From NCBI GenBank assembly GCA_018812595.1, contig JAHJDF010000002.1:1790-65789 (forward strand): DNA of 64,000 bases, given 5' to 3'. The notes beneath the pieces are model-generated. The model worked only from the letters and a program-made list of their open reading frames with translations, had not been told where the DNA came from and ran no database searches. How positions within the stretch are numbered: position 1 is the stretch's first letter; each line of letters begins with the position of its first letter. Position numbers and translations under genes: made by a program. The stretch is from Gammaproteobacteria bacterium. GTDB lineage: Bacteria > Pseudomonadota > Gammaproteobacteria > UBA12402. Below, piece by piece: positions 8,818 through 19,085 of this stretch.

Positions 8818-10227
8818 ATGACAACGGTTAGAACACGATTTGCCCCTAGTCCGACAGGACATTTGCATGTCGGTAGCGTGCATACCGCTCTTTATTCTTG
8901 GTTGATTGCCAAGAAATACAAAGGGCAATTTATCCTGCGCATTGAAGATACGGATTTAGAACGTTCAGAATCTACTCATGTGCAAACGATTTTGCAGTCC
9001 ATGGAATGGTTGGGGATGGATTATGACGAAGGGCCGTATTTTCAAACACAACGTTTAGCTCGTTATAAAGAAGTGATTGACCAGCTGTTAAAAGACGGGC
9101 TGGCGTATCGTTGTTATTGTTCTAAGGAAAGGCTTGAGCACTTGCGGGAATGCCAATTAGCCAATAAAGAAAAGCCTCGTTACGACGGTTGTTGCCGTAA
9201 TCAACATGAGTTTAAAGATTGTCCTTTTGTGATTCGTTTTCGTAACCCGGAAGAGGGTGTGGTTGCTTTTGATGATTTGGTGCATGGACATATTGAGTTT
9301 CAAAACAGTGAGCTCGATGATTTGATCATCGCAAGAGCAGACGGCTCACCGACCTATAATTTTTGTGTGGTTGTGGATGATTTGGATATGGGGATCACCC
9401 ACGTGATTCGTGGGGATGATCACGTCAACAATACGCCGCGACAAATCAATATTCTTCGTGCGCTAGGAGGCAAAGAACCTTTGTATGGACACGTGCCGAC
9501 GATTTTGGGACCAGATGGCAAAAAACTGTCTAAGCGGCATGGGGCTGTGAGTATTCAGCAGTTTCGTGACGATGGGTTTTTGCCACATGCATTGTTGAAT
9601 TACCTTGTGCGCTTAGGGTGGTCGCACGGGGATCAAGAAATTTTTTCGTTGGATGAAATGATTGAATATTTTGATTTTGATCACCTCAATAATTCTCCTG
9701 CCACGTTTGATATCGAAAAATTGTTGTGGTTGAACCAGCATTATTTGAAAGAAGCAAAATCAGAAGATTTGGTGCAAGAGTTGGATGCACAAATGGCGAA
9801 AGCAGGGGTGTCGATTTTAGACGGTCCGGATTTGGTGGATCTTATTCAAGTACAAAAAGAGCGTTGTAAAACGTTGGTCGATCTGGCCGAAAAGAGTCGT
9901 TATTTTTATGAAGATTTCACGGAATACGATGAAAAAGCAAAAGCGAAAAACTTGAAGAAAGAAGTGATTCCTGTGTTGCAAAGTGTGCTGACGAAATTGG
10001 AACTTGTGTCACATTGGAAAGCCGAACCGTTGCATGCATGCATTCTTCAAACGGCTGAAGATTTAGATTTGAAATTAGGAAAAGTCGCACAGCCTGTTCG
10101 CGTCGCTATCACCGGTGGTAGTGTTTCTCCTCCACTGGATGTCACTTTGGAATTAATAGGCCGTCATCGTTCCTTACACCGCATCAAAGAAGCTATTCAA
10201 ATTTGTGAGGCAGGGCTGTTGCATTAA
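8818..10227 (+). CDS. gltX: Glutamyl-tRNA synthetase
   Basis: Class I motifs PSPTGHLHVGS (HIGH) and KLSKRHG (KMSKS); 469 aa. Confidence 0.95.
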   Translation: MTTVRTRFAPSPTGHLHVGSVHTALYSWLIAKKYKGQFILRIEDTDLERSESTHVQTILQSMEWLGMDYDEGPYFQTQRLARYKEVIDQLLKDGLAYRCYCSKERLEHLRECQLANKEKPRYDGCCRNQHEFKDCPFVIRFRNPEEGVVAFDDLVHGHIEFQNSELDDLIIARADGSPTYNFCVVVDDLDMGITHVIRGDDHVNNTPRQINILRALGGKEPLYGHVPTILGPDGKKLSKRHGAVSIQQFRDDGFLPHALLNYLVRLGWSHGDQEIFSLDEMIEYFDFDHLNNSPATFDIEKLLWLNQHYLKEAKSEDLVQELDAQMAKAGVSILDGPDLVDLIQVQKERCKTLVDLAEKSRYFYEDFTEYDEKAKAKNLKKEVIPVLQSVLTKLELVSHWKAEPLHACILQTAEDLDLKLGKVAQPVRVAITGGSVSPPLDVTLELIGRHRSLHRIKEAIQICEAGLLH

Positions 10228-10232
10228 AACTG

Positions 10233-10310
10233 TCGTCATTCCCGTTTCGCTGTGAATGGGCGTGTTGCAATCCGCCCGTTTATCATCCCCGCGAAAGCTA
10301 AGGATCCAGA
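10233..10310. repeat. Family-B hairpin element (degenerate left half, intact TATCATCCCCGCGAAAGCTAAGGATCCAGAA right part)
   Basis: Direct reading immediately after gltX stop. Confidence 0.7.
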
Positions 10311-10449
10311 AACATCAATAAATTACGCGTCAAAAATTTCTCGAAAAATTCGGATTGCAATAGGCCTTGAATCCAGACATTCCTTCGCAGAAATAACAAT
10401 GCTGTGTTTCCATCACAAGATCAAAATGAAGAGATGTTGTTGCTTTTTA

Positions 10450-10854
10450 TTATCTAAATTTGATTGTGCAGTTATTTGTAAGACTTTTATTTGTAGGGCT
10501 TTTTTTCTGTTGCGCTGTTTTTGCCCATAAAAGAACAGCTTCGAGAGTTCTATTTGTATTTAGATATTTATCTAATCCTTTAGATGTGATGAGAGTGATT
10601 AAGCCAACTATTTCAGAGAATGGATCACAGCTGCAATTGAATTCCCATGAAAAAATATGAGCACGAGTGCCAACAGAATGTTTTATTTTAAGTGGTGAGG
10701 AATCTATTTTAATGTTGATTGTTACCTGAGGATCATTCGATTTCGTTTTCGTTTGTAAGTTAAAGTTTTCAGGATCTTTTAATGCTGCCATTAAAGTAAG
10801 CCATGTTCTTTGAAGCTCATTTGCAGGATTGGTCTTTTTTCTTGGGGATAACAT
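10450..10854 (-). CDS. Hypothetical 134-aa protein in an AT-rich islet
   Basis: Only sizeable ORF in the ~850-bp AT-rich gltX-murA spacer; no recognisable motifs; could be non-coding. Confidence 0.3.
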   Translation of the reverse strand: MLSPRKKTNPANELQRTWLTLMAALKDPENFNLQTKTKSNDPQVTINIKIDSSPLKIKHSVGTRAHIFSWEFNCSCDPFSEIVGLITLITSKGLDKYLNTNRTLEAVLLWAKTAQQKKSPTNKSLTNNCTIKFR

Positions 10855-11050
10855 AAATTTATTTCTCGTTATTATTATTTTTATGAAAATGCTTGAAATA
10901 AACTTCCTGGCGGCGATTTATCTTAATAAAAAAAATCGTTGCCATTTCTGTTTATAAAACAAGTAAGAATAAAGTATCAAATTTAAAGTTTTCTTAAGAG
11001 CAAAAAAAGAGGAATAAACACGCGAAATTGAAAAATTAGCGTCTTAAGGC

Positions 11051-11100
11051 TCCAGAAAATATATTTATAAAACTGGATTCTCGCTTTCGCGGGAATGACG
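11051..11100. repeat. Family-B half element (CCAGAAAATATATTTATAAAACTGGATTCTCGCTTTCGCGGGAATGACG)
   Basis: Matches right half of the composite element seen at 50398 and 59945. Confidence 0.75.
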
Positions 11101-11174
11101 ATTTCTATATCATCCCGGCTCTTTTTTAGAGGCTGTCAGCCTTGTTTTTACAGTGTTTTTATTCATTTTATTAA

Positions 11175-12440
<1,266 letters not shown>

Positions 12441-12442
12441 AC

Positions 12443-13879
12443 ATGATAAGAAATCAAAAGTTCAAACGGTTTTTTAAACCGAGTGAATCTTATTTGCGTC
12501 AAGAATTGTCTATGTCTGTGATGGCGTTGTTAGCAATTTTAGTAGGCATTGTGGCGGGTTTTGGCGCTGTTGTTTTTCGACTCATGATTGGTTTTATACA
12601 TAACCTTATGTTTACGGGCCGTATTCGATTTTTATACGACGCGAACGTGCATACCACGGTGAATCCTTGGGGATGGCTCATCATTTTCGTTCCTGTGATT
12701 GGAGCGATTGCGGTTGTTTGGCTAGTAAAAACATTTGCACCTGAAGCAAAAGGACATGGTGTGCCTGAGGTGCTTGAGGCGATTCATTTTAATGGCGGAA
12801 AAATTCGTCCCATTGTGGTGGTGATTAAATCATTGGCCTCCGCTATTTCTATCGGCACAGGCGGTTCAGTAGGACGTGAAGGCCCTATTGTCCAAATCGG
12901 TGCAGCGTTTGGTTCCTTATTAGGGGTGTTGGCAAAGTTATCTGCAGAGCAACGGAATGTTTTGATTGCGGCAGGAGCGGCTGGAGGTATTGCTGCAACG
13001 TTTAATACGCCGGTAGGTGCTTTAGCTTTTGCAATTGAGTTGATGTTGATGTCGGTAAATGCGTTTACTTTGTTTCCTCTCGGGCTTTCTGTGGTGACTG
13101 CAACATATATCGGTCGCTTATTTCTGGGGATGACTCCTTCTTTTTATATTCCTGAATTAGGTATTCCGATGTTTCACCTGATCGCTTTAAAGGTGTTATT
13201 GATTTTCATTCCTTTCGGAATCTTGATCGGATTATTTTCTATGTTGTTTTTGCGCAGCATCTATTGGTTTGAAGACTTGTTCGATCGTTTTTCTGGCAGT
13301 TATTACGTGCGTCATTTGAGTGGAATGTTTGTCATTGGGTTAATCATGTATGCCTTTTTCAGATTTAGCGGACATTACTATGTGGAAGGTGTGGGCTATG
13401 CAACGATTGTTGATGTGCTTTCGTCGACGTTGTCCCATCCGATGTTTTTATTGTTGTTAGCATTTGCGAAGTTGTTATCGACAGATCTGACATTAGGTTC
13501 AGGCGCGTCTGGCGGTATTTTTTCTCCTGCATTGTTTTTAGGTGCGACATTTGGAGCTGCCATTGGTTCTGTCTCGCAAATGATTGTTCCCGGGTTTGGA
13601 TCGCACCCCATTTATTTTGCAATCGCAGGTATGGCAGGAATGATTGGAGGTTCAACAGGCGCTGTGATTACGGCAGTGACTATGGTGATAGAAATGACGC
13701 AAGACAATAACGTAATTTTGCCAATTATCGTTGCTGCAACGACTGCATATGCAGTTAGAAAGCTCTTTTCTGAAGCTAGTATTTATACGATGAAATTATT
13801 GCGTCGCGGAGAAATAGTGCAAGAAGGATTGCAAGCGATGCCGGCTTTCAAAATTGACATCGCTAGGGACGATCCATAG
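12443..13879 (+). CDS. ClC-family chloride channel/H+-Cl- antiporter (no C-terminal CBS domains; likely start at internal Met ~12509)
   Basis: ClC selectivity motifs GHGVPEV, GREGP, GIFSPALFLG; ~10 TM helices. Confidence 0.85.
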   Translation: MIRNQKFKRFFKPSESYLRQELSMSVMALLAILVGIVAGFGAVVFRLMIGFIHNLMFTGRIRFLYDANVHTTVNPWGWLIIFVPVIGAIAVVWLVKTFAPEAKGHGVPEVLEAIHFNGGKIRPIVVVIKSLASAISIGTGGSVGREGPIVQIGAAFGSLLGVLAKLSAEQRNVLIAAGAAGGIAATFNTPVGALAFAIELMLMSVNAFTLFPLGLSVVTATYIGRLFLGMTPSFYIPELGIPMFHLIALKVLLIFIPFGILIGLFSMLFLRSIYWFEDLFDRFSGSYYVRHLSGMFVIGLIMYAFFRFSGHYYVEGVGYATIVDVLSSTLSHPMFLLLLAFAKLLSTDLTLGSGASGGIFSPALFLGATFGAAIGSVSQMIVPGFGSHPIYFAIAGMAGMIGGSTGAVITAVTMVIEMTQDNNVILPIIVAATTAYAVRKLFSEASIYTMKLLRRGEIVQEGLQAMPAFKIDIARDDP

Positions 13880-13898
13880 AATGCGCGCCTTTTTGTGA

Positions 13899-13974
13899 GG
13901 GGCTATAGCTCAGCCGGGAGAGCATTTGCATGGCATGCAAAGGGTCGGCGGTTCGATCCCGCCTAGCTCCACCA
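13899..13974 (+). tRNA. tRNA-Ala (anticodon GGC)
   Basis: GGGGCTATAGCTCAG...anticodon loop AUGGCAU...GGTTCGATCCCGCC...CCA; cloverleaf folds by eye. Confidence 0.9.
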
Positions 13975-13985
13975 CCCATCATCAC

Positions 13986-14061
13986 GTCCCCATCGTCTAG
14001 TGGCCTAGGACACTGCCCTTTCACGGCGGTAACAGCGGTTCGAGTCCGCTTGGGGACGCCA
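13986..14061 (+). tRNA. tRNA-Glu (anticodon TTC)
   Basis: GTCCCCATCGTCTAGTGGCCTAGGACAC...loop CUUUCAC...GGTTCGAGTCC...GCCA. Confidence 0.9.
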
Positions 14062-14099
14062 TATTGTGCCTGGCGGCCATTAGCGGCACATCTTCAGGC

Positions 14100-14164
14100 G
14101 AAAAAAAATCTTTTTAAATGCTCACGTATGTCTATATACGCTGCGCTTTAAAAAGATTTTTTTC
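14100..14164 (+). terminator. Long AT-rich hairpin (19-nt stems GAAAAAAAATCTTTTTAAA / TTTAAAAAGATTTTTTTC, 28-nt loop) after the tRNA pair
   Basis: Perfect inverted repeat read directly; T-run on 3' side. Confidence 0.45.
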
Positions 14165-14217
14165 ACCTGAATCTACGGCACTACTGACCGTCCTCAAGCA
14201 CTATCCGTAATTTATAT

Positions 14218-14841
14218 AACGTAGAGACGCGATTTATCGCGTCTCTATGTTTGGAAATATAGATCTTTTTTCCAATTCAATGGGTTATAGGTGATGTATT
14301 CAAGTACCTGTAGATATTCTTTTTCATCACGAATGACATGTTCGTAAAAACGAGGTTGCCATGAAAAATGGAAATTTCTTTTTCTAATTGCATAAGTGGT
14401 ACGCGCTTTATACCAACGAATAATGTGCGATAAATTTCCGTGTAGCATTGGATTATATTTTTGAGTAATTCCTCCTTTTTTACTTGCTGAAGCATTGTTC
14501 AAGAAATTTGAGCAGTACTTGTTAATAGTAATTACGCCATGTAGGTGATTAGGCATAAGAATCCAGGGATCCAGTTGTACAAATTGAAAATACTTGGGCA
14601 CTTGTCGCCAATGATCATTTGCTAATTGTCCGATTAAAGATAATTCCACTTCATTATCCAAAATGCGGCCAAACAAACATTTTCTATCTTTGATGCACAA
14701 GGTTACGAAATAAGCGCCTGGCTCGCCGTAGTCATAACCTTTGCTGCGTGTAGATGAAATACGGTATTTATTTCTGAATTTTTTCATTTCGAATCGATGG
14801 TATTTTTAATAAACGTAGAGACGCGATTTATCGCGTCTCTG
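14218..14841 (-). mobile_element. REP/RAYT unit: HuH Y1 transposase gene flanked by inverted family-A palindromes
   Basis: AACGTAGAGACGCGATTTATCGCGTCTCTATG at 14218-14249 and AACGTAGAGACGCGATTTATCGCGTCTCTGTG at 14810-14841 bracket the transposase ORF. Confidence 0.8.
14245..14787 (-). CDS. REP-associated tyrosine transposase (RAYT; IS200/IS605 TnpA Y1 family)
   Basis: 180 aa; HuH motif LMPNHLHGVI, conserved C-terminal Tyr region (RWYKARTTYAIRK); flanked by its cognate REP palindromes. Confidence 0.8.
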   Translation of the reverse strand: MKKFRNKYRISSTRSKGYDYGEPGAYFVTLCIKDRKCLFGRILDNEVELSLIGQLANDHWRQVPKYFQFVQLDPWILMPNHLHGVITINKYCSNFLNNASASKKGGITQKYNPMLHGNLSHIIRWYKARTTYAIRKRNFHFSWQPRFYEHVIRDEKEYLQVLEYITYNPLNWKKDLYFQT

Positions 14842-14852
14842 TGAAGCGGGGG

Positions 14853-15872
14853 TTACAAATACGTCGAATCGTTGGAGGTTTTTTTTAGGTTGTTTAAGAC
14901 TGTTTGGATGCTGGATTGGGTGAAGAGGGAAAGGCGATCTAAGGGGCTTTTTTTCTTTTTGTATTTGATTTCGTAGATGTCGTGTTGTTTAGCAGCATTT
15001 AATAAATAAGCGTCGCTCGTAATCAATTCGTCGACCATGTTTAATTCTTTTGCTTTTTTTGCAAACCAATATTCGCCGGTGGCGATGGCATCGATTTCTA
15101 CTTGCGGTCTATGTTGTTTTACGAATGATTTAAATAACTCATGCGCTTCGTTGATCTCTTCTTGAAATTTTTTGCGACCGTCTCGCGTGTTTTCCCCAAA
15201 CAAGGACAACGTGCGTTTGTATTCGCCGGCAGTGATTTGTTCGAATTCGATGTCGTTCTTTTTCAATACGCGATGGAAGTTGGGCAATTGTGCTAAAACG
15301 CCTATAGAGCCAATAATGGCAAACGGTGCAGCTAACAGTCGATCTGCAACACATGCCATCATGTAACCGCCGCTTGCGGCGATTTTGTCGACGGCGATGG
15401 TTAATGGAATGGCATTGTTTTTAATACGCTGTAGTTGGGAGGCGGCTAATCCGTATCCGTGCACAACGCCGCCGGAGCTTTCGAGACGCAACACAATTTC
15501 ATCGGTTGTTTTAGCAACCATCAAAATGGCAGAGATTTCTTCTCTTAACGTGTCGACGTTTTTTGCTTTTAAGTCCCCATCAAAATTTATGACAAAAATT
15601 CTTTTTTTCGAGACAGGCATTTGATCTTTGTTTTTCAACGCTTGTTTTTTTTCTTTCGCTAATTTTTTTCGTTCCTTTTTCGAAAGAATTTCCTCTTGAA
15701 TGGCTTCTGCCATCTTTTCATAAAATTGATTGATCTTTCGTATCGATAATTGTGGTTTTGATTTTGTTTTACTAAGCAGGGCAACGATGCCGGCAGTGAT
15801 GATCAAAATCGCAACGACAACGATAAATGTTTGTAGAAAAAATATCGCTAAATGAAGAAGTGCGTCGAGCAT
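14853..15872 (-). CDS. sohB: S49-family periplasmic serine peptidase (SohB / short SppA type)
   Basis: N-terminal TM then S49 core (IAASGGYMMACVADRLLAAPFAIIGSIGV); 339 aa. Confidence 0.7.
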   Translation of the reverse strand: MLDALLHLAIFFLQTFIVVVAILIITAGIVALLSKTKSKPQLSIRKINQFYEKMAEAIQEEILSKKERKKLAKEKKQALKNKDQMPVSKKRIFVINFDGDLKAKNVDTLREEISAILMVAKTTDEIVLRLESSGGVVHGYGLAASQLQRIKNNAIPLTIAVDKIAASGGYMMACVADRLLAAPFAIIGSIGVLAQLPNFHRVLKKNDIEFEQITAGEYKRTLSLFGENTRDGRKKFQEEINEAHELFKSFVKQHRPQVEIDAIATGEYWFAKKAKELNMVDELITSDAYLLNAAKQHDIYEIKYKKKKSPLDRLSLFTQSSIQTVLNNLKKTSNDSTYL

Positions 15873-15894
15873 GATATCTATCCTTTATCGGTGG

Positions 15895-17937
15895 TTATGA
15901 GCGTTTTCGAGGCCTAATTAAAATGATTCTGTGATCAGATTTTATTTTTGGTAAGTCCTTTGTTGTCACAATTCGTACTTGCCAAGAATAGTCCGTGAGC
16001 GATGGGAACAAAGTATTAGCCGCAAATTCAATTTCTACCGGACGAACATACGAGTGGAATACAAAAAGATGCTTGTGTGGAATGTCGTAATACACAGTGC
16101 CCACCCAGAGCGGTTGATGTTTGCATACAGAGACAATATGGCTATTCCATAACCGTAAGATGAGTGGAGGAGATTGTTGCTGAACAAATTTAATTAATGT
16201 CAGTGTTGGTTTTTGATCAAGATACAAAGGAGGGAATAGCGATTGATGCTCCAGGGTCTTTTGTTTGGAAATGATTTTGAGCGTAGAGAAATAATCCTCT
16301 GAATTCAGTGTATTCCACCCGTGCAATTTTAAGGTCGTATAAATTGCATTGATGTTTCCAGCCCATTGCACATTCAATAGCTGGATGGGTTTTCCTAATC
16401 GGTTCGTTCGATACAACGGCAAGCAATGAGCGTGTTGATTCCACCAAGTCGTCAAGCTCATTTGTTGTTCCGGCCAAGTACATTGAGAAGCTTTTAGCAT
16501 TTTCTTAAAAGCAAAATGTAAATCGATACTGACTGCAAGCACCATGGTGATGAGCGCAATAAGGAAAAGGGACAAGGGGCGTAGTTCGTCTTTCTGGTAG
16601 CGACGATAAGAAATGATGATCAATGCGGAGCAAAAGAGACCTAGAAAAGTGCCGCCGAGTACATCCGTGAACCAGTGAGCCCCGAGGTACAGTCTCGAGA
16701 TGCCGATCAATGCGCAGATTGCTATGGTGAGCCAAACGATCGGTTTGCGATATGTTTTGGGAAGGTTGATGCAAATGAAATATGCCAAAAGACTGTAGAT
16801 GCCTACGGACAAAGTGGTGTGTCCGCTTGGAAAGGATGAGGATAAGGCTTGTTTGACGATCCCTATCGGCCGCGGGTTGTAATACAACGATTTAAAGACT
16901 TTGACGGCTACAAACAATAAACCACAGCCAAAAAACCAATGCAGAGCGGTGTTCCAATGTTTACGAATGAGTAACCACAGCGTGATGACAAAGGTGAGGA
17001 TCAAAAGGAATTTGCCGTAACCAAAAAGGGTTGCCGTAATCATGATGCGGTCAAGCGTCTGTGTGCGCAGTCCTCTAAAGAGATGATAAATCGCATGATT
17101 CCAAGCTAATAAAGGCCCGTGAAAAATTACATTGAGATACAGAACGGCGAATAACAATGAGGCGATGAGGAAATTGATGGCCAGTAGCAATTGTCCCCGT
17201 TGATGTTCTCTTCCTGCATGTTTCAAAAGCACACAAAACCAGTGCTTTGACGGTTGCTTTGACCAGGTTTGCCATTCTCTATCGAGCAAGTTTGAAAAGT
17301 AGCTATGCGTTTTGTCGTATAGATAGTTAATCGTTTTTGCTACTGCCCAAATGATGATGAGAAGTGTGAGAACGAAGAAAATTAATTCAGCCGCAACATC
17401 TGCGGGCATTTCAAGAGAGATCGCGCCCAATAAAAAACCCGGCAACATGTAAAGCGGTGCCCATAAAATAGCGGACGGAATGCTGGCCAAAAAATAGAGA
17501 CGAGGGCGCATGTTTAACATGCCAGCGATGATGGGAATCATGGCTCGTACCGGACCCACAAAACGACCGATAAAAACACTTAACGTGCCGTGTTTTTCAA
17601 AGAATTTTTCACCTTTGATCAAAATGTTTGGATATTTTTTAAAGAGCCATTTCTTTTGGAGATTTCCTTTAAAAACATATCCCAATAGATAACTGCAACT
17701 GTCGCCCGCGATGGCTCCTAGAATTGCAAATAAGAGCACGACCCAGACTGGAATGATTCCAGCGCCAGCAAGAATTCCAATGGCCATCATTGTGATAGAG
17801 CCAGGGATAAATGTTCCGATAAAGGCAATAGATTCAGCGAAAGCGATGAGAAATGCTGCAACGCCGCCCCAATGTGGGTGAAGGTGTAACCAATTGGTAA
17901 ATAAAGCGTAATGAATGAAGTGCATAAGCTCGTCCAA
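15895..17937 (-). CDS. Three-part membrane protein: N-terminal DedA/SNARE-associated domain, central PAP2 phosphatase domain, ~240-aa C-terminal domain of unknown function
   Basis: DedA-like N-terminus (IAFAESIAFIGTFIPGSITMM...FIGRFVGPVRAMIPIIAGM); PAP2 motifs KSLYYNPRP (KX6RP), PSGH, SRLYLGAHWFTD (SRX5HX3D). Confidence 0.75.
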   Translation of the reverse strand: MDELMHFIHYALFTNWLHLHPHWGGVAAFLIAFAESIAFIGTFIPGSITMMAIGILAGAGIIPVWVVLLFAILGAIAGDSCSYLLGYVFKGNLQKKWLFKKYPNILIKGEKFFEKHGTLSVFIGRFVGPVRAMIPIIAGMLNMRPRLYFLASIPSAILWAPLYMLPGFLLGAISLEMPADVAAELIFFVLTLLIIIWAVAKTINYLYDKTHSYFSNLLDREWQTWSKQPSKHWFCVLLKHAGREHQRGQLLLAINFLIASLLFAVLYLNVIFHGPLLAWNHAIYHLFRGLRTQTLDRIMITATLFGYGKFLLILTFVITLWLLIRKHWNTALHWFFGCGLLFVAVKVFKSLYYNPRPIGIVKQALSSSFPSGHTTLSVGIYSLLAYFICINLPKTYRKPIVWLTIAICALIGISRLYLGAHWFTDVLGGTFLGLFCSALIIISYRRYQKDELRPLSLFLIALITMVLAVSIDLHFAFKKMLKASQCTWPEQQMSLTTWWNQHAHCLPLYRTNRLGKPIQLLNVQWAGNINAIYTTLKLHGWNTLNSEDYFSTLKIISKQKTLEHQSLFPPLYLDQKPTLTLIKFVQQQSPPLILRLWNSHIVSVCKHQPLWVGTVYYDIPHKHLFVFHSYVRPVEIEFAANTLFPSLTDYSWQVRIVTTKDLPKIKSDHRIILIRPRKRS

Positions 17938-17967
17938 GCAGGTTAAAAGCGTGCGATTTTATAGTGT

Positions 17968-18234
17968 TCACAAAACCATGACTACTTGTTTACATTGAGT
18001 GAATGAGGCATAGAGCCTATCGATTTGAGGCTTATTTTTAGCGGTAAAAGTGAAGGTGAAAGAGAGATATTTTTTGCTGGTACTTTTGTTTTTTCGTAAT
18101 TCTATAAATGCACCTTTAGGGCATTTTTTTTCTACGATTTTTTTCACCTCTTCTTCAAAAGCAGGGCTGTTGTGACCGATGATTTTTATCGGGAATTTGC
18201 AAGGAAATGTCAGGGCGCTTTTAGTATTTTTCAT
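17968..18234 (-). CDS. ybeD: YbeD-family (UPF0250/DUF493) small protein
   Basis: FPCKFPIKIIG signature; conserved position next to dacA as in E. coli. Confidence 0.7.
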   Translation of the reverse strand: MKNTKSALTFPCKFPIKIIGHNSPAFEEEVKKIVEKKCPKGAFIELRKNKSTSKKYLSFTFTFTAKNKPQIDRLYASFTQCKQVVMVL

Positions 18235-19085
18235 AGGCTATTTTTATGCGTTTGAAAGAGAGAATGCATTTTTTTCCAAAGGGGACCGGGTTTGCCATTA
18301 GCGATTTTTTGGTCGTTTACAAAACTGATGGGCATCACGTCTCGTGAGGAGCTTGTGATCCAGACTTCATCTGCATTTAGTAATCGAGTTAAGGTCAATT
18401 GTTTTTCTTGAAGCGATAGTTTGTTTTTTTGAGCCAGCTCGATCACAAGGGCGCGTGTTGTGCCGCCTAAGAGCGATGATGAGAGTGGAGGGGTATAAAT
18501 CACATTTGATTTTGCGATAAATACATTGCTGCTGGCGCCTTCAATAATTTTTTTATCGCGAATCAAAAGAACTTCGTTCGCTCCTTCATTTAAAGCTTCT
18601 TGCTGCATCAAAATATTCGGTAACAACGCTGTGGTTTTAATGTGGCAGAGTTTCCAACGAATATCTTCTCGAGTAATGACTTTAAAGCCTTTAGAAAGAT
18701 TTGAGTAATCCGGTTGAATTAATTCTTTTAACATAACAAAGACAGTGGGTTTTAAGTGCGATTTTGGTAATGCGAGTGAACGCGTGGAATCAACACCGCG
18801 AGTCATTTGTAAATACAGGGATTTGTTTTCTGTTTTTATCTGATTGAGTTTGAGCAACTTTGAAAAAATGCGAAGCCATTGTGCTTGCGAAAAAGGTTGT
18901 AACAAACCAATTGCTTGTGCGCTGTGGTTTAAGCGATCTATGTGCTTGTGAGCGAGGAAAGGTTTTCCATTGTAGACGCTGATAACTTCATAAATCCCGT
19001 CAGAAAACAAAAAGCCTCGGTCAAGGACCGAGACTTTTGCTTTTTCAGTCGTTAAGTAATGTCCGTTTAAATAGACGATGTTCAT
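18231..19085 (-). CDS. Class IV (D-amino acid / branched-chain) aminotransferase
   Basis: N-terminus VLDRGFLFSDGIYEVISVYNGKPF and EVWITSSSRDVMPI region typical of fold-type IV PLP enzymes. Confidence 0.8.
   Translation of the reverse strand: MNIVYLNGHYLTTEKAKVSVLDRGFLFSDGIYEVISVYNGKPFLAHKHIDRLNHSAQAIGLLQPFSQAQWLRIFSKLLKLNQIKTENKSLYLQMTRGVDSTRSLALPKSHLKPTVFVMLKELIQPDYSNLSKGFKVITREDIRWKLCHIKTTALLPNILMQQEALNEGANEVLLIRDKKIIEGASSNVFIAKSNVIYTPPLSSSLLGGTTRALVIELAQKNKLSLQEKQLTLTRLLNADEVWITSSSRDVMPISFVNDQKIANGKPGPLWKKMHSLFQTHKNSL

Noticed and set aside
10252-10660. Plus-strand ORFs 10252-10530 and 10460-10660 in the AT-rich islet
   Set aside because: Low-complexity, cysteine/phenylalanine-rich translations of AT-rich DNA overlapping a repeat element; no start context.
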